This document shows positions 29,329 through 39,355 of a stretch of 64,000 bases of DNA, piece after piece. A program made the translations under genes and the position numbers. Each line of letters begins with the position of its first letter. The first letter of the stretch is position 1. The DNA comes from Candidatus Falkowbacteria bacterium (GTDB lineage: Bacteria > Patescibacteriota > Patescibacteriia > Patescibacteriales > UBA12075), in assembly GCA_043801965.1 (NCBI GenBank), contig JAZDLN010000051.1, positions 19,720 to 83,719 on the forward strand. Direction: 5' to 3'. The notes under the pieces were generated by a model. That model was not told the origin of the DNA, made no database searches, and saw nothing but the letters and a program-made list of their open reading frames with translations.

Positions 29329-32300
29329 TTAAGCTTTTACCACTCCGAATTTAAGGACCTTGGCTATCCCAAATAAACCGAGAACGGACAGGACAAGGAT
29401 TAAAAGTTCGCTCTCGTCAAAACCGGTTTCAGCCAGGACTTTAACGTTCTCGACCGTCAGATCGGCCGTTGCGCTCGCGTCAGCGGCGCTATTATCGGCT
29501 TTAACCGTGGCGGTATTGGCGTAAACCTTGGCCGCGGCGGTTTTATCGATATTTACGGTATAGCTTACTTCTTTCTTTCCGCCTTGGGCGATATCGCCTA
29601 ATTCCCAGGTGCGGGTCAGGCCTTCCGCGTCAGAAAACATGAGGCCAGCTTCCATAGTATCGGATAATACCACGTTTTTTGCGTCAACGTTATCCGTATT
29701 AGTAACGGTTATGGTATATTTTACGCCGGTATCGCCCGGATTGGCTTTAACCCGGTCAACGGTCTTTGTAAGCGAGAGGGTTACGCTCTCTTCGCCCAAA
29801 ACGGACACTGAGATCGGTTCCGGGTTCTCTACGGGCGCTGATCCGGCTTCTCCGGTCTTGTATTCTACCTGCTTGCCGTAGATTTCCGGCGAAGCCGAAG
29901 ACATAGGCCGGAAATAATAGGTCGTGTTCGGGGTAAGACCGGTTATGGTTACCGAGTGGCCGGTTACGTGCTCTTCGTCAAGTTCGGTTGACCACTGGTA
30001 GCCGTAATTCGGGGCCGATTCGCCGGAAACGTCGGGGTGGCTCACCGTATCGTAGATAACGCGCGAAGTGCCGGCTTTGTTGGTCAGCCAAGTGATAGTA
30101 ATAAAATCGCCGCTTAAATTTCCGGCCCGTTCGTTATAGATGGTAAGCTCAGAGGGCAACCAGCCGCTTCCGCCCTGATTATATTCACAGCTCTGGTCGT
30201 CGTTAGTAGCGCCGGAATTATAGTTAGTAGCCGAAGAGTCCATACAGCCGTAAACCGGTTCAAAATGATTCAGGAGATACACTTCTCGGAAATTCGGATA
30301 TTGTTCCCCATCACCGATGGTCACTTCATGCGCTTTCTGAGGATATGTTTGCGTCCAACCGGCCTGTGCATCTTCGGTAATGGTATAGGTGCCGTAAGGT
30401 ACGGTAAAGTCAACACAACCGTGATTCCGGCTGTCATCGCCCTCGGTCGCACCGCTGTCGTTATGTCCGTTGTCGCCGGCAATATTCATGGTCCAACCGC
30501 CGAGAGGGTGTAGTATTCTCTGCGCGGTCGCAAGAACCGGTTTGACTATAAGATCCCGTAATTTCGCCAATACAGAATCGGCCTGCGTGTATTCCGGATA
30601 ATCCGGCTCGCCGTTATTATCGGTATCCTCGTATTTGCAGACCCGGATCGTGCCGGTCGGTTCGTCTCCTTCGTCTTCTTTATTGCCGAAATAATAAGTA
30701 ATATCGCCGTTAACAGTCACGTCTTCACAAACGACCATCAAGGGCACCTCCCCGCCGTTGGTCCAGTCAAAGGGCGTATTTCCCGGGTCGGTATTGGTCC
30801 ATCCGTCCTGCGTATATTCGCAGACCGTATATTCGCCGTAAGGCAGATTACTGAAAGTGAATTTGCCTTCGGAATCGGTAATGGTTTCCGGACCCTCATA
30901 CTGGTAATGATCGCCGCTGATAAATACTTTCCAACCCGGAATATAGGGTTCTTCCCCGTGTTCGCCGTTTTCATCTACATCGTTATATTTATAAATCGTG
31001 ATGGAACCGGTCGGGTCTTCCGGGGTGGTATAGTGATTCAGGAAGTAAACGATTGGGGCGGAATTATCTCCGTCCACCGTCACTGTCGCCGAACCATCCT
31101 CTTCTAAAACCGCATTACCGTCAACTCCGGTCTGTTCCCAATTATCTATATCCTCTTCCTCGGAAATATTATAAGTCCCGTAATCAACTTCGTTAATAGT
31201 GACACAACCGGTTTCGCCCGCCTGATAAGTCGTATCGTTCATGTAAAAATGCCAAAGCGGGTCGGTGACAGCCGGTTCATTCTCGTTCAATGCCCCGTTG
31301 CCGTCCAGATCGCTGTATTTGCAGATCGTGATAGAGCCAATCGGTTCGGCTGGGCATTCGGTTAATTCTACTTTAACATCATCAAGCAAGGTTCCGTAAG
31401 AATCCGGCGTTCCCAGATCTGTAAATGCAAGATCAGCGGAATCGCTGTCGGCGGTCATGGTATATTCATATAAAGTCCAGGCGGTATCGGTATTACCGGA
31501 ACCGTCGGCGCTGACCGTTTCGTCAATCGTTCCGAACTTAACACCCAGGCTGTTGTTACTCGAATCAGTATCCGGCCGTGGCGAGAATTTAAAAGTAAGT
31601 TTATAGACCGCTCCGGGAACAGTGGTAACGCTTTGAGAAATAACCACTGAGGCCGCTTCATTGCCCTCAACTGGATAATCTGTATCAAGCTCGGCCCATT
31701 GACTGCCTTCGCCCGCGGTCCATTCCAGAGAGACGGTTTGTAGTTCTAAATTAGCCGGTTCCGGCGCGCCTTCTTCGGGCGCGACCCAGGAAACGTCCCA
31801 GCCTAAACCGTCGGTACCGGACGGATAAATCTGCCACTTGCCGTCATGCTCGTTAACGGTCGGATTTTCAAAGCCGCCGTTCATTATCTTAACAAAACCG
31901 GTTTCGCAGGCCGGTTCGTCCGCTACGCAAGCGCAGCTAACGCAGGTTTCTCCGGTACCGCAAGCGGAACCGTCGCAATCCTCGCCCTCTTCAATGATTT
32001 GATTGCCGCAGACCGGATCGCTAGCGTCGCAAACGTCGCCCTTGCCGTCTTTGTCAGCATCCGCCTGGTTGGCATTTGATGTTAGTGGACAATTATCGCA
32101 AACGTTGCCGATGCCATCGCCATCCGAATCAGCCTGGTTGGCATTGGAGCTATTCGGGCAATTATCGCAGGCATCGCCCACGCCGTCCTGATCGCTGTCT
32201 TCCTGGCCGGAGTTGGCGGCCCATGGGCAGTTATCGCAGTCATCCGGAACGCCGTCGGCATCCATATCCTGCGCATCGTCTGTGCCAGGACACATATCGC

Positions 32301-33417
32301 AGGCATTGCCGGCGCCGTCCTTATCGGCATCCGCCTGATCCGGATTAGCCGTGCTAGGGCAATTATCCTCGTTATCGCAGAAACCGTCGTCATCACTATC
32401 CGTACAAGAGCAAGTTAAATCTGATCCATCGCAATCCTGATCTATGCTGTCGCCGCAAATTTCAGAGGCGGCAGGATTAATATTGCTGTTATCATCATTG
32501 CAGTCAATACCGCTGGTGGTTTCCGCGTATCCTTTCGGAATGCTGCTGCCATAGCAGATAGAAATCTTCCCGTCCGAACCGGCCGTATCGGCATCGTAAT
32601 AATAACCGTCGTTATCGCCGTCATACCAATAGCTATCCACTTGCCATGAATCAGGGTTAGAGTCGTTGCAGTCAACTGGCCCGCATTGTCCGCCCTCTAC
32701 CGAATAACCATCTTGGTCGTTATCGGTGCACGCCAATGCAATACTTACCCCATCAACGCGAAAGTATTCAGAGCTAGGATTATCGTCATTTGTATCATCG
32801 TCGCATTTGTTATCCCAATTAGTAAACGAACAACCTGAGTTATTTTTATACCGAAGTGTAAATTTCTGATTATCAACATATTCCGATGGAAGATTAACTG
32901 CTTGTAACGCGCTCCAACCCTCATCATTGTTATTGTTATTATCATCTAGTTCGTGCGAAGCTACTTCGTGCCAACCATCACCAGCGGTACAGGAATCCCC
33001 CTGGTGCACATAAACTTTTCCGTATTCGTTGTTTTCAGCATCAGCATCACCACGCCAATAGTACTTTAAAACTAAACCGGAATAACCCCTTGCGTCAATT
33101 TTTGCGCAAATCCATTCATTATCACCAATTTTTGCGAAACGTCCGCCATCTGGGCTAGCGCCATCTGGTTCACTGCCCGGCTTTTTGGCAACCGTATATC
33201 CGTTTGATTCATCCCAATTATCAATATTATTATCATCGTTTCCCGCTCCGAATCCATCTGACCACGGCAACCCAGCCGCCTCTACTCCGGTCCCAACAAA
33301 AAACACGCCCATAAGTGACATGTTGAAGATTAATACTGATAAGCTAAAGACGCTTAAAAGTTTATAGCCGCTCTTCCTGAGGCGCTCCAGGCGATAATGC
33401 CCGATGTTTTTGTGCAT
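29329..33417 (-). CDS. LAETG-anchored adhesin (MopE-like motif, thrombospondin type 3 repeats, DUF642-like sugar-binding domain, SdrD-B-like repeats, FN3-like domain, DUF11)
   Basis: DCNDD..INP.ASEICGD.IDQDCDG; repeated DNCP..N..Q.D.D.DG.G..CD; NGGFE.P; C-terminal LAETGF + TM. Confidence 0.88.
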   Translation of the reverse strand: MHKNIGHYRLERLRKSGYKLLSVFSLSVLIFNMSLMGVFFVGTGVEAAGLPWSDGFGAGNDDNNIDNWDESNGYTVAKKPGSEPDGASPDGGRFAKIGDNEWICAKIDARGYSGLVLKYYWRGDADAENNEYGKVYVHQGDSCTAGDGWHEVASHELDDNNNNNDEGWSALQAVNLPSEYVDNQKFTLRYKNNSGCSFTNWDNKCDDDTNDDNPSSEYFRVDGVSIALACTDNDQDGYSVEGGQCGPVDCNDSNPDSWQVDSYWYDGDNDGYYYDADTAGSDGKISICYGSSIPKGYAETTSGIDCNDDNSNINPAASEICGDSIDQDCDGSDLTCSCTDSDDDGFCDNEDNCPSTANPDQADADKDGAGNACDMCPGTDDAQDMDADGVPDDCDNCPWAANSGQEDSDQDGVGDACDNCPNSSNANQADSDGDGIGNVCDNCPLTSNANQADADKDGKGDVCDASDPVCGNQIIEEGEDCDGSACGTGETCVSCACVADEPACETGFVKIMNGGFENPTVNEHDGKWQIYPSGTDGLGWDVSWVAPEEGAPEPANLELQTVSLEWTAGEGSQWAELDTDYPVEGNEAASVVISQSVTTVPGAVYKLTFKFSPRPDTDSSNNSLGVKFGTIDETVSADGSGNTDTAWTLYEYTMTADSDSADLAFTDLGTPDSYGTLLDDVKVELTECPAEPIGSITICKYSDLDGNGALNENEPAVTDPLWHFYMNDTTYQAGETGCVTINEVDYGTYNISEEEDIDNWEQTGVDGNAVLEEDGSATVTVDGDNSAPIVYFLNHYTTPEDPTGSITIYKYNDVDENGEHGEEPYIPGWKVFISGDHYQYEGPETITDSEGKFTFSNLPYGEYTVCEYTQDGWTNTDPGNTPFDWTNGGEVPLMVVCEDVTVNGDITYYFGNKEDEGDEPTGTIRVCKYEDTDNNGEPDYPEYTQADSVLAKLRDLIVKPVLATAQRILHPLGGWTMNIAGDNGHNDSGATEGDDSRNHGCVDFTVPYGTYTITEDAQAGWTQTYPQKAHEVTIGDGEQYPNFREVYLLNHFEPVYGCMDSSATNYNSGATNDDQSCEYNQGGSGWLPSELTIYNERAGNLSGDFITITWLTNKAGTSRVIYDTVSHPDVSGESAPNYGYQWSTELDEEHVTGHSVTITGLTPNTTYYFRPMSSASPEIYGKQVEYKTGEAGSAPVENPEPISVSVLGEESVTLSLTKTVDRVKANPGDTGVKYTITVTNTDNVDAKNVVLSDTMEAGLMFSDAEGLTRTWELGDIAQGGKKEVSYTVNIDKTAAAKVYANTATVKADNSAADASATADLTVENVKVLAETGFDESELLILVLSVLGLFGIAKVLKFGVVKA

Positions 33418-33576
33418 ATTTTTCTACATCCCGTCCCGAAATTCATAAAAATATGAACTATGGACGAAAATTATTTATAAATATTTAACGAATAAATAAA
33501 AAATAGCCCCCTTTATTTCAACCAAGGCTTAACCCTATTATTGCATATTTTTAAAAATCAAGCAATATTTTCCAAC

Positions 33577-35163
33577 CTAATTCGCGGCTCTTTTCCGAAG
33601 TATCGCCGCCGAACCCGCCAGGACGAGCATTACGCCCAATAGTACGATAAATTCAACATTATCAAAGCCGGTTTCGGGCAGTTTAACTGGCGCTGGCGCT
33701 TCGCCGCCCATGGGCGCTCCAATCGCGCTTCCTTTGACTTCGATAGCCAGGGTAGCCATGACCGGATTATGATTAGAAGCGTAGGCCACGGCCGTATTAG
33801 CGTAAATTCCAGGTAAGGCCACCGCGCCCACGTCCACCAGGTATTTTATAATCTTGACCTCTCCGGGTAAAATATCGCCCAGGCTCCAGGTCCGGACCGG
33901 CTCGCCCGTATCGGCGTGCACAAGGCCGCCGTAAAGAGTATCGGCTAAAGTAACGGCATAAGCGGTTAAATTGCCTTGGTTGGCGACCGTAATCGTATAT
34001 TCGATACTGCCGCCGCCGATATTGGCCGTAGCCCGGTCCGCGGTTTTTTCTATGACCAGTTCCGGATTCCCGGCTTCTCCTAAAACCATGGTTTCTTCCG
34101 TAGCAACCGGCAGAGTTTCCGGGATCTTTACCGGGGCGACCGGATTAATTTCTCCGACGACAATATCGGCCGTAGCCGTGACCGGAGAATGATTCACGGC
34201 AAAGGCCTGGGCCACGTTAGTATAGATCCCGGGCGTGGCCGAAGTCGCGATATCGACAAGATAGGTAATATTTTTGATCGTTCCCGGCTCAATGTCACCC
34301 AGAAACCATTCCTTCGACGTGTCTTCCGTGCCGTCGAAAACGAGCCCCGCGGGCAGATTATCAACCACGTTCACGCCGTAAGCGGCTAAATTACCGTTAT
34401 TCGCGACCACGATCTTAAATATTTTCTCGCTGATCAGATCCGAGTTGTTGGCGTTCTGGTTTAAAATTACCTTCCCGATCGATAAATTAGGCGCGCCCGT
34501 CTCGCCCAAAACCACGGTCTCGGTGTCGCCGCCTAAAGGCGCTAACGCCGGCGTCGATGTGCCCGGTTCAAGACTGCAGGAAATCGTACAATGGTACCCC
34601 GCCTGCACGCCAAGGTCGCCGTCACAGGCCTCGAAATACTCCGTAATGCCGTTGCCGCAATAAAAAGACCCTTCGTCGAATATTCCTTCATAGTTAGCGA
34701 AATCAACTTCTACCGCTTCTCCCGCTCTAAGGCCGATATTATAATCCACGCCCTTAGGCATGGTCTGCGTCCAACCCTCTTTTTTTATCTCTTTTAGGCG
34801 ATATTTTCCCTCTGATAAGCCGGAAAAGGAGAAACAGCCGTTATTATCCGTAGTCGTGGCCGCGTAAACCGAACAAATATCATTGATGTTGAACGCGAAC
34901 TCCCCTGTTTCGCTGATATTGCCGCAATTCTCTAAAACGATCTCCCAGCCAGGCAATTTTTCCCAGGTTTTTTCGGCTTTGCCGGTCCCGCTTATATCGC
35001 GATAATTACAGCCGGCAACAGAGCTTAAGACCGGGAGGGAACTCGTGGCTTCGGTACTGGTCGCTTCGGCGGATACGGGTTTAACGCCCAGAAAAAAAAC
35101 GCCGGAGGTTAGAAGAAATAAAATTATCAGGCTGAATCTAATACTGTTGGCCGTTTTAAACAT
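33577..35163 (-). CDS. LPETG-anchored surface protein (SdrD-B-like domain, Cys-rich motif, 2 DUF11)
   Basis: Signal peptide; C-terminal LPETGF + TM + RKR. Confidence 0.88.
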   Translation of the reverse strand: MFKTANSIRFSLIILFLLTSGVFFLGVKPVSAEATSTEATSSLPVLSSVAGCNYRDISGTGKAEKTWEKLPGWEIVLENCGNISETGEFAFNINDICSVYAATTTDNNGCFSFSGLSEGKYRLKEIKKEGWTQTMPKGVDYNIGLRAGEAVEVDFANYEGIFDEGSFYCGNGITEYFEACDGDLGVQAGYHCTISCSLEPGTSTPALAPLGGDTETVVLGETGAPNLSIGKVILNQNANNSDLISEKIFKIVVANNGNLAAYGVNVVDNLPAGLVFDGTEDTSKEWFLGDIEPGTIKNITYLVDIATSATPGIYTNVAQAFAVNHSPVTATADIVVGEINPVAPVKIPETLPVATEETMVLGEAGNPELVIEKTADRATANIGGGSIEYTITVANQGNLTAYAVTLADTLYGGLVHADTGEPVRTWSLGDILPGEVKIIKYLVDVGAVALPGIYANTAVAYASNHNPVMATLAIEVKGSAIGAPMGGEAPAPVKLPETGFDNVEFIVLLGVMLVLAGSAAILRKRAAN

Positions 35164-35400
35164 AAAATAATAAGGCTTATTTTGAATAAAAAAAACCCGC
35201 GTAGCATTTAAGGCGGCAAGGCGCGGTTCTTATCTGAAAGATTTTTTTGATATAAGCTAAAATGCTCATAAAAATAAATTGGTTTTCCTTGTTTGATTAA
35301 AATCACATTAACACAGTCGAAAAAATAAGTCAATACCTGAAAATACAAGAAAAGCCCATTTGAGCTATTCGCGGTCATGAACCTAAATTACTTTGCGACA

Positions 35401-35429
35401 AAAAAACGCTTGAGAGATCAAGCGTTTTT
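35401..35429. terminator. intrinsic terminator
   Basis: aaaaacgcttga-gaga-tcaagcgttttt. Confidence 0.7.
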
Positions 35430-35453
35430 AAGTTATTTTAAGAGAAAATATTA

Positions 35454-37898
35454 TTATTTCAGTATATCCGCGAATTGCTCCCTGACCACATCGGCCGTTT
35501 TTTGATCTAAGATATCCATAAGAGCGGATAATTGCGCCCGGCACTTATCTAATTCCCCTAATTTGCGGTACATGACGGCTAAACTATAGCTGGCATTGGC
35601 ATGACCCGGGCTGACGGACAAAATATTCAGGAATAAGGCTTCGGCGATATTAAGATCTTCGTTTCGTCCCACTACGTTGCCTGTTAGCTGATCCGGTTTG
35701 ACGCTTAATTCTTCGCCCTCATCCCCTTCTTCGTCGACCGTAAATTCGCTTTCAGTGATCTCCTTGGTAGCCGTCTGGTTAAGATTAAGCTGCGCGACGC
35801 CGCGATTGAAGAATAACCGCCCCAATTCGAACCGATAATCAATATTATTACCGGCAATCAGGCTGGCTCTTTTTAATTGTTCGATCGCGTCATCGATATT
35901 GCCGAGCTTTTCCGAGGCTATGGCCTTGCCGTAATAAGCCGAAGCCAAATCTCCTTTTTTCTCGATTGCCCGGTCATAGAATTTCACGGCCTCGCCGACG
36001 TAATATCCCTGCTCGGTCTTGTCGGTTTCGGCGTTTGCCCGAGCCATGTTTATCAAAGCCGTCCGTAAATACGGCACCGGATTGCTCGGATCGAGCTCCA
36101 TGACTTTTTTATAAAGATTTTCAGCCCACTCCAAGGCTCCCCGGGTATAAAACGAAGCATTTTCATAGATAAGAGCTAAAGATTCGTTGTTCATGGCTTT
36201 ATTCCCTGAAATCTCAACGGCCTTTTTCCCGTTCTCGATCGCTAAGCTTAGGTTAGCGCCCACTTCCGCCTGCCCCCCTCCGGCCATAGCTATCTGATTG
36301 GCCTTGGACATATAATTATTGGCCAAACCCAGATAATAACTGTCTTGATATGGCGCCAGGGAGATAGCTCTTTGTAATTTAATAATTTTACTGTCCACGA
36401 CCTGGTCTTCGATCGCTTTTTTAGCGTAAATATCGCCCATGTACATCTTAAGTCCCATGGTGAACAGAACGACTACGCCAGCGCTCACGCACAAAAATAT
36501 CGCGGCTAAAGCCAGAGCATACTTGGCCGAAGACCGGAAAGAAAGCTTAAGCGTTTTGAATTTTTCGGGATACATTATTATGGCGACCGATACGGCAAAA
36601 ATGGCCATTATGACGTTTACCAGGATTATCGAACCGTTTTGGGCGAATAAGAGGGCGAAAAGAATAATAGAGATCAGACTGGCGAATAGCGCCAGGAGAA
36701 TGGGATTAACGCTCTTTTCCTCGGTTTTTATTAGCGTCAGGAAGGTGATGGAAAGAGCGATTAAGACCACGATGCCGACGGCCACCGTGCCTAACGCCCC
36801 GACCGAGGCCAGAAGTTCGAATACGATGCCGCTGGCGTTGTCGAAGCGCATGTTCCACAACGGCGAACCGTTAAAGCTCAGGTCGCGGAAACGGGAAAAA
36901 TTATAATAGAACGTCGAGGGACCGGAGCCGAATATCGGATTTTCCATCACGCTGTTCCTGGAAATCTCCCAGGAAGCTCCCCGTGACAGGCTGACTTCAG
37001 CCGGCAAATTCAGAGTGGCGATGTTAAAATTTCCCAATACCAGCAAAATGATCAAAGCCAGGAAAACGAACAAGGGTATCAAGAGATTATTATTCGTAAT
37101 TTTTATGATCTTTGAGAGGAAGAACATTAATACGATCACAATGCTCACTATGGCCACGGGCCAGAAAGTGAATCCGTTGAGCAGGGCTAATATAGCCAGA
37201 TCCAGGGCGACAATTATGCCTGACAGGAGTTTTAAAATATAAACCGTCGCTTTTCGGGCCTGGGGCATTAATTCCCGCGTTTGGGCCGCCGCGATAAGTA
37301 AGATCGGCAGTATTATCACCAGATACATGGTCAGCTCGGAAAGCGAACCCAGCGGATTAAAGCCCTGGGCATGGGTAAAAGAGGCTGGCCAGACGTATAT
37401 TTTAATAAGCTGCAGGAATGAAAACAGCGTTAAAACCGTACCGGAGGCGAAAGCGGACCAGAATACGGTTTTTACCCGCTCCTTGGTAAGATTGTTAATA
37501 ACCAGATAATAAAACAAAATAAAAATGACCAGGGCCAGGAGGCTTTTGCTGGAGCCGCCGTAAGAACCGATCAGGCTGTCTTTACTGATTATCGACAATA
37601 TCGTAGAAACCGCGAAAACAACCAGGGTAGCCAACAACGGCAGATCCAGAGGCGTCCTTTTAAGGGATAATTCGCCCAATATAGCGCCCTTGGTTACCCA
37701 AGCCACAACGCCCAGAAGCACCAGGAAATAGAACAAAAGCAGCTTCTCAAAACCCATGCCCTGGGCTACCAACCCGGTAAAAAACAAAGGGCAAAGGAAA
37801 AAAACCAGGCAAATCGCTCCCATGATTATAATATCCAACCCCTTGGTCGAAGTGTGCTTGCCAGCCTTGACTTGATTATTTTGTTTTAATTCTTCCAT
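35454..37898 (-). CDS. O-antigen ligase/Wzy_C-like polytopic membrane protein with C-terminal TPRs
   Basis: About 12-13 TMs; loop W.I.....ENPIFGSGP.TF..., then E.L...G.LG; TPR-like helices. Confidence 0.75.
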   Translation of the reverse strand: MEELKQNNQVKAGKHTSTKGLDIIIMGAICLVFFLCPLFFTGLVAQGMGFEKLLLFYFLVLLGVVAWVTKGAILGELSLKRTPLDLPLLATLVVFAVSTILSIISKDSLIGSYGGSSKSLLALVIFILFYYLVINNLTKERVKTVFWSAFASGTVLTLFSFLQLIKIYVWPASFTHAQGFNPLGSLSELTMYLVIILPILLIAAAQTRELMPQARKATVYILKLLSGIIVALDLAILALLNGFTFWPVAIVSIVIVLMFFLSKIIKITNNNLLIPLFVFLALIILLVLGNFNIATLNLPAEVSLSRGASWEISRNSVMENPIFGSGPSTFYYNFSRFRDLSFNGSPLWNMRFDNASGIVFELLASVGALGTVAVGIVVLIALSITFLTLIKTEEKSVNPILLALFASLISIILFALLFAQNGSIILVNVIMAIFAVSVAIIMYPEKFKTLKLSFRSSAKYALALAAIFLCVSAGVVVLFTMGLKMYMGDIYAKKAIEDQVVDSKIIKLQRAISLAPYQDSYYLGLANNYMSKANQIAMAGGGQAEVGANLSLAIENGKKAVEISGNKAMNNESLALIYENASFYTRGALEWAENLYKKVMELDPSNPVPYLRTALINMARANAETDKTEQGYYVGEAVKFYDRAIEKKGDLASAYYGKAIASEKLGNIDDAIEQLKRASLIAGNNIDYRFELGRLFFNRGVAQLNLNQTATKEITESEFTVDEEGDEGEELSVKPDQLTGNVVGRNEDLNIAEALFLNILSVSPGHANASYSLAVMYRKLGELDKCRAQLSALMDILDQKTADVVREQFADILK

Positions 37899-38068
37899 AT
37901 TTTTTACCTAAAGATAAAAAACCGCCAAAAGAGGCTTTATTGCCCCTTAAAAAATTCCGGTCATTTATCCACAATTAATATATAAACTTCTATTATTTTA
38001 TCAGAAATAAAAGACCATGTCTAATAAAATCGGGAAATAATGCAAGGCGCGATAAATAGAAAATTATT

Positions 38069-39214
38069 TTAATCCAGTATTTCGAGATAGCCTTTGGCCG
38101 TATTTTCCCACGAAAATCGCTGTTGGCTCTTACCGCTCTTTGTCGCCGGAAAAGAAGCCGGGTGGCCGCTCTTTAAAACCACGGAAATAGCGCCCGCTAT
38201 TTCCGCGATATTGCCGGAATCGACAAGCAAGGCCTCTTGGCCGACTACTTCCGGCAGGCTTGAATTAGATCCGGCTATGACCGGCACGCCACAGGCGGCC
38301 GCTTCCAGGGGCGGAAACCCGAAGCCCTCGTAAAACGAAGGGTAAACGAACAGGGCGGCTAGATTATAAATATAAACTTTATCTTCTTCATCCACGTAAC
38401 CGATGAATTTTATGTCTTGGCGGTATTTTGATTCCCGCCATTCCCGAAAAATATCTTCCGATTTCCAGCCTTTGGCACCGGCGATAACTAATTTCATGTC
38501 CTTCGAGCCGCCATTGGCGTCCCGAAAGATGCCGTAAGCCCGGATCAGACCGGGCACGTTCTTGCGCGGCTCAAGATTGCCTACGTACAATATATAATTC
38601 CGCGGTAAGGCGTATTTTTTCCGCGCGGCCTCGAATTCTTCCCGTTTTTCCGTCCGGTCAAGCGGCTGATAACGGCGGCTGATACCCGGATAGATAACCC
38701 TTATCCGGGCCTCGTCGATGCCGCAAAGTTCGATTATGTCGCGCTTAGTGTTTTCACTGACCGCCGCGATCATGTCGAATCCTTTAAGCATCTTTTTGAC
38801 GTTAAGGGCGCGATGCCAGATATTCTTGCGCAAGGAAAAAAACTCGGGATAACGCAGGAAAGACAGGTCATGGACGGTTATGATCTTCCGGCAACGGTCG
38901 GATAGGGACAGAAAATTAATATGGGGAGAGATAAACCGATCCACTCCGAGCAGACGGTCGATCTTCGGTCGGCCCAGGGTTTTCTGCATAAAATAATTGA
39001 ATATCTTGTTCGGATGGCGGGTGCGGACGACCCTCGCGTTATCGGCGTTGAATTCGGGGATTCTGGAGCTTATGTCGCGGCCGGAATTATAAAACAGCCG
39101 GTATTCCCGGCTTCGATCGACCTCTAATATCTTCCGGACGAGATTATAAGTATAGCCGGACACGCCGCTCCAGTTTTCGTCCATCAATGTTCGGATGTCG
39201 ATGCCTATTTTCAT
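38069..39214 (-). CDS. glycosyltransferase family 4
   Basis: MKIGID, TVHDL, VG.LEPRKN, PSFYEGFGFPPLEA. Confidence 0.93.
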   Translation of the reverse strand: MKIGIDIRTLMDENWSGVSGYTYNLVRKILEVDRSREYRLFYNSGRDISSRIPEFNADNARVVRTRHPNKIFNYFMQKTLGRPKIDRLLGVDRFISPHINFLSLSDRCRKIITVHDLSFLRYPEFFSLRKNIWHRALNVKKMLKGFDMIAAVSENTKRDIIELCGIDEARIRVIYPGISRRYQPLDRTEKREEFEAARKKYALPRNYILYVGNLEPRKNVPGLIRAYGIFRDANGGSKDMKLVIAGAKGWKSEDIFREWRESKYRQDIKFIGYVDEEDKVYIYNLAALFVYPSFYEGFGFPPLEAAACGVPVIAGSNSSLPEVVGQEALLVDSGNIAEIAGAISVVLKSGHPASFPATKSGKSQQRFSWENTAKGYLEILD

Positions 39215-39355
39215 GAATAGATTTCCACAAATCAACAAATCTGCTACAAATTTATAAATACAGAATCCCGCTTTTATTGGATTTGTAAATTTGTATATGA
39301 TTCGTAAATTCGCGGGTTTTAAAGATTAATCATCGCCACGGACCCATTCTCATAA

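Noticed and set aside
28920-29376. ORFs 28920-29195 (-) and 29194-29376 (+)
   Set aside because: They are translations of REP palindromes and a terminator.
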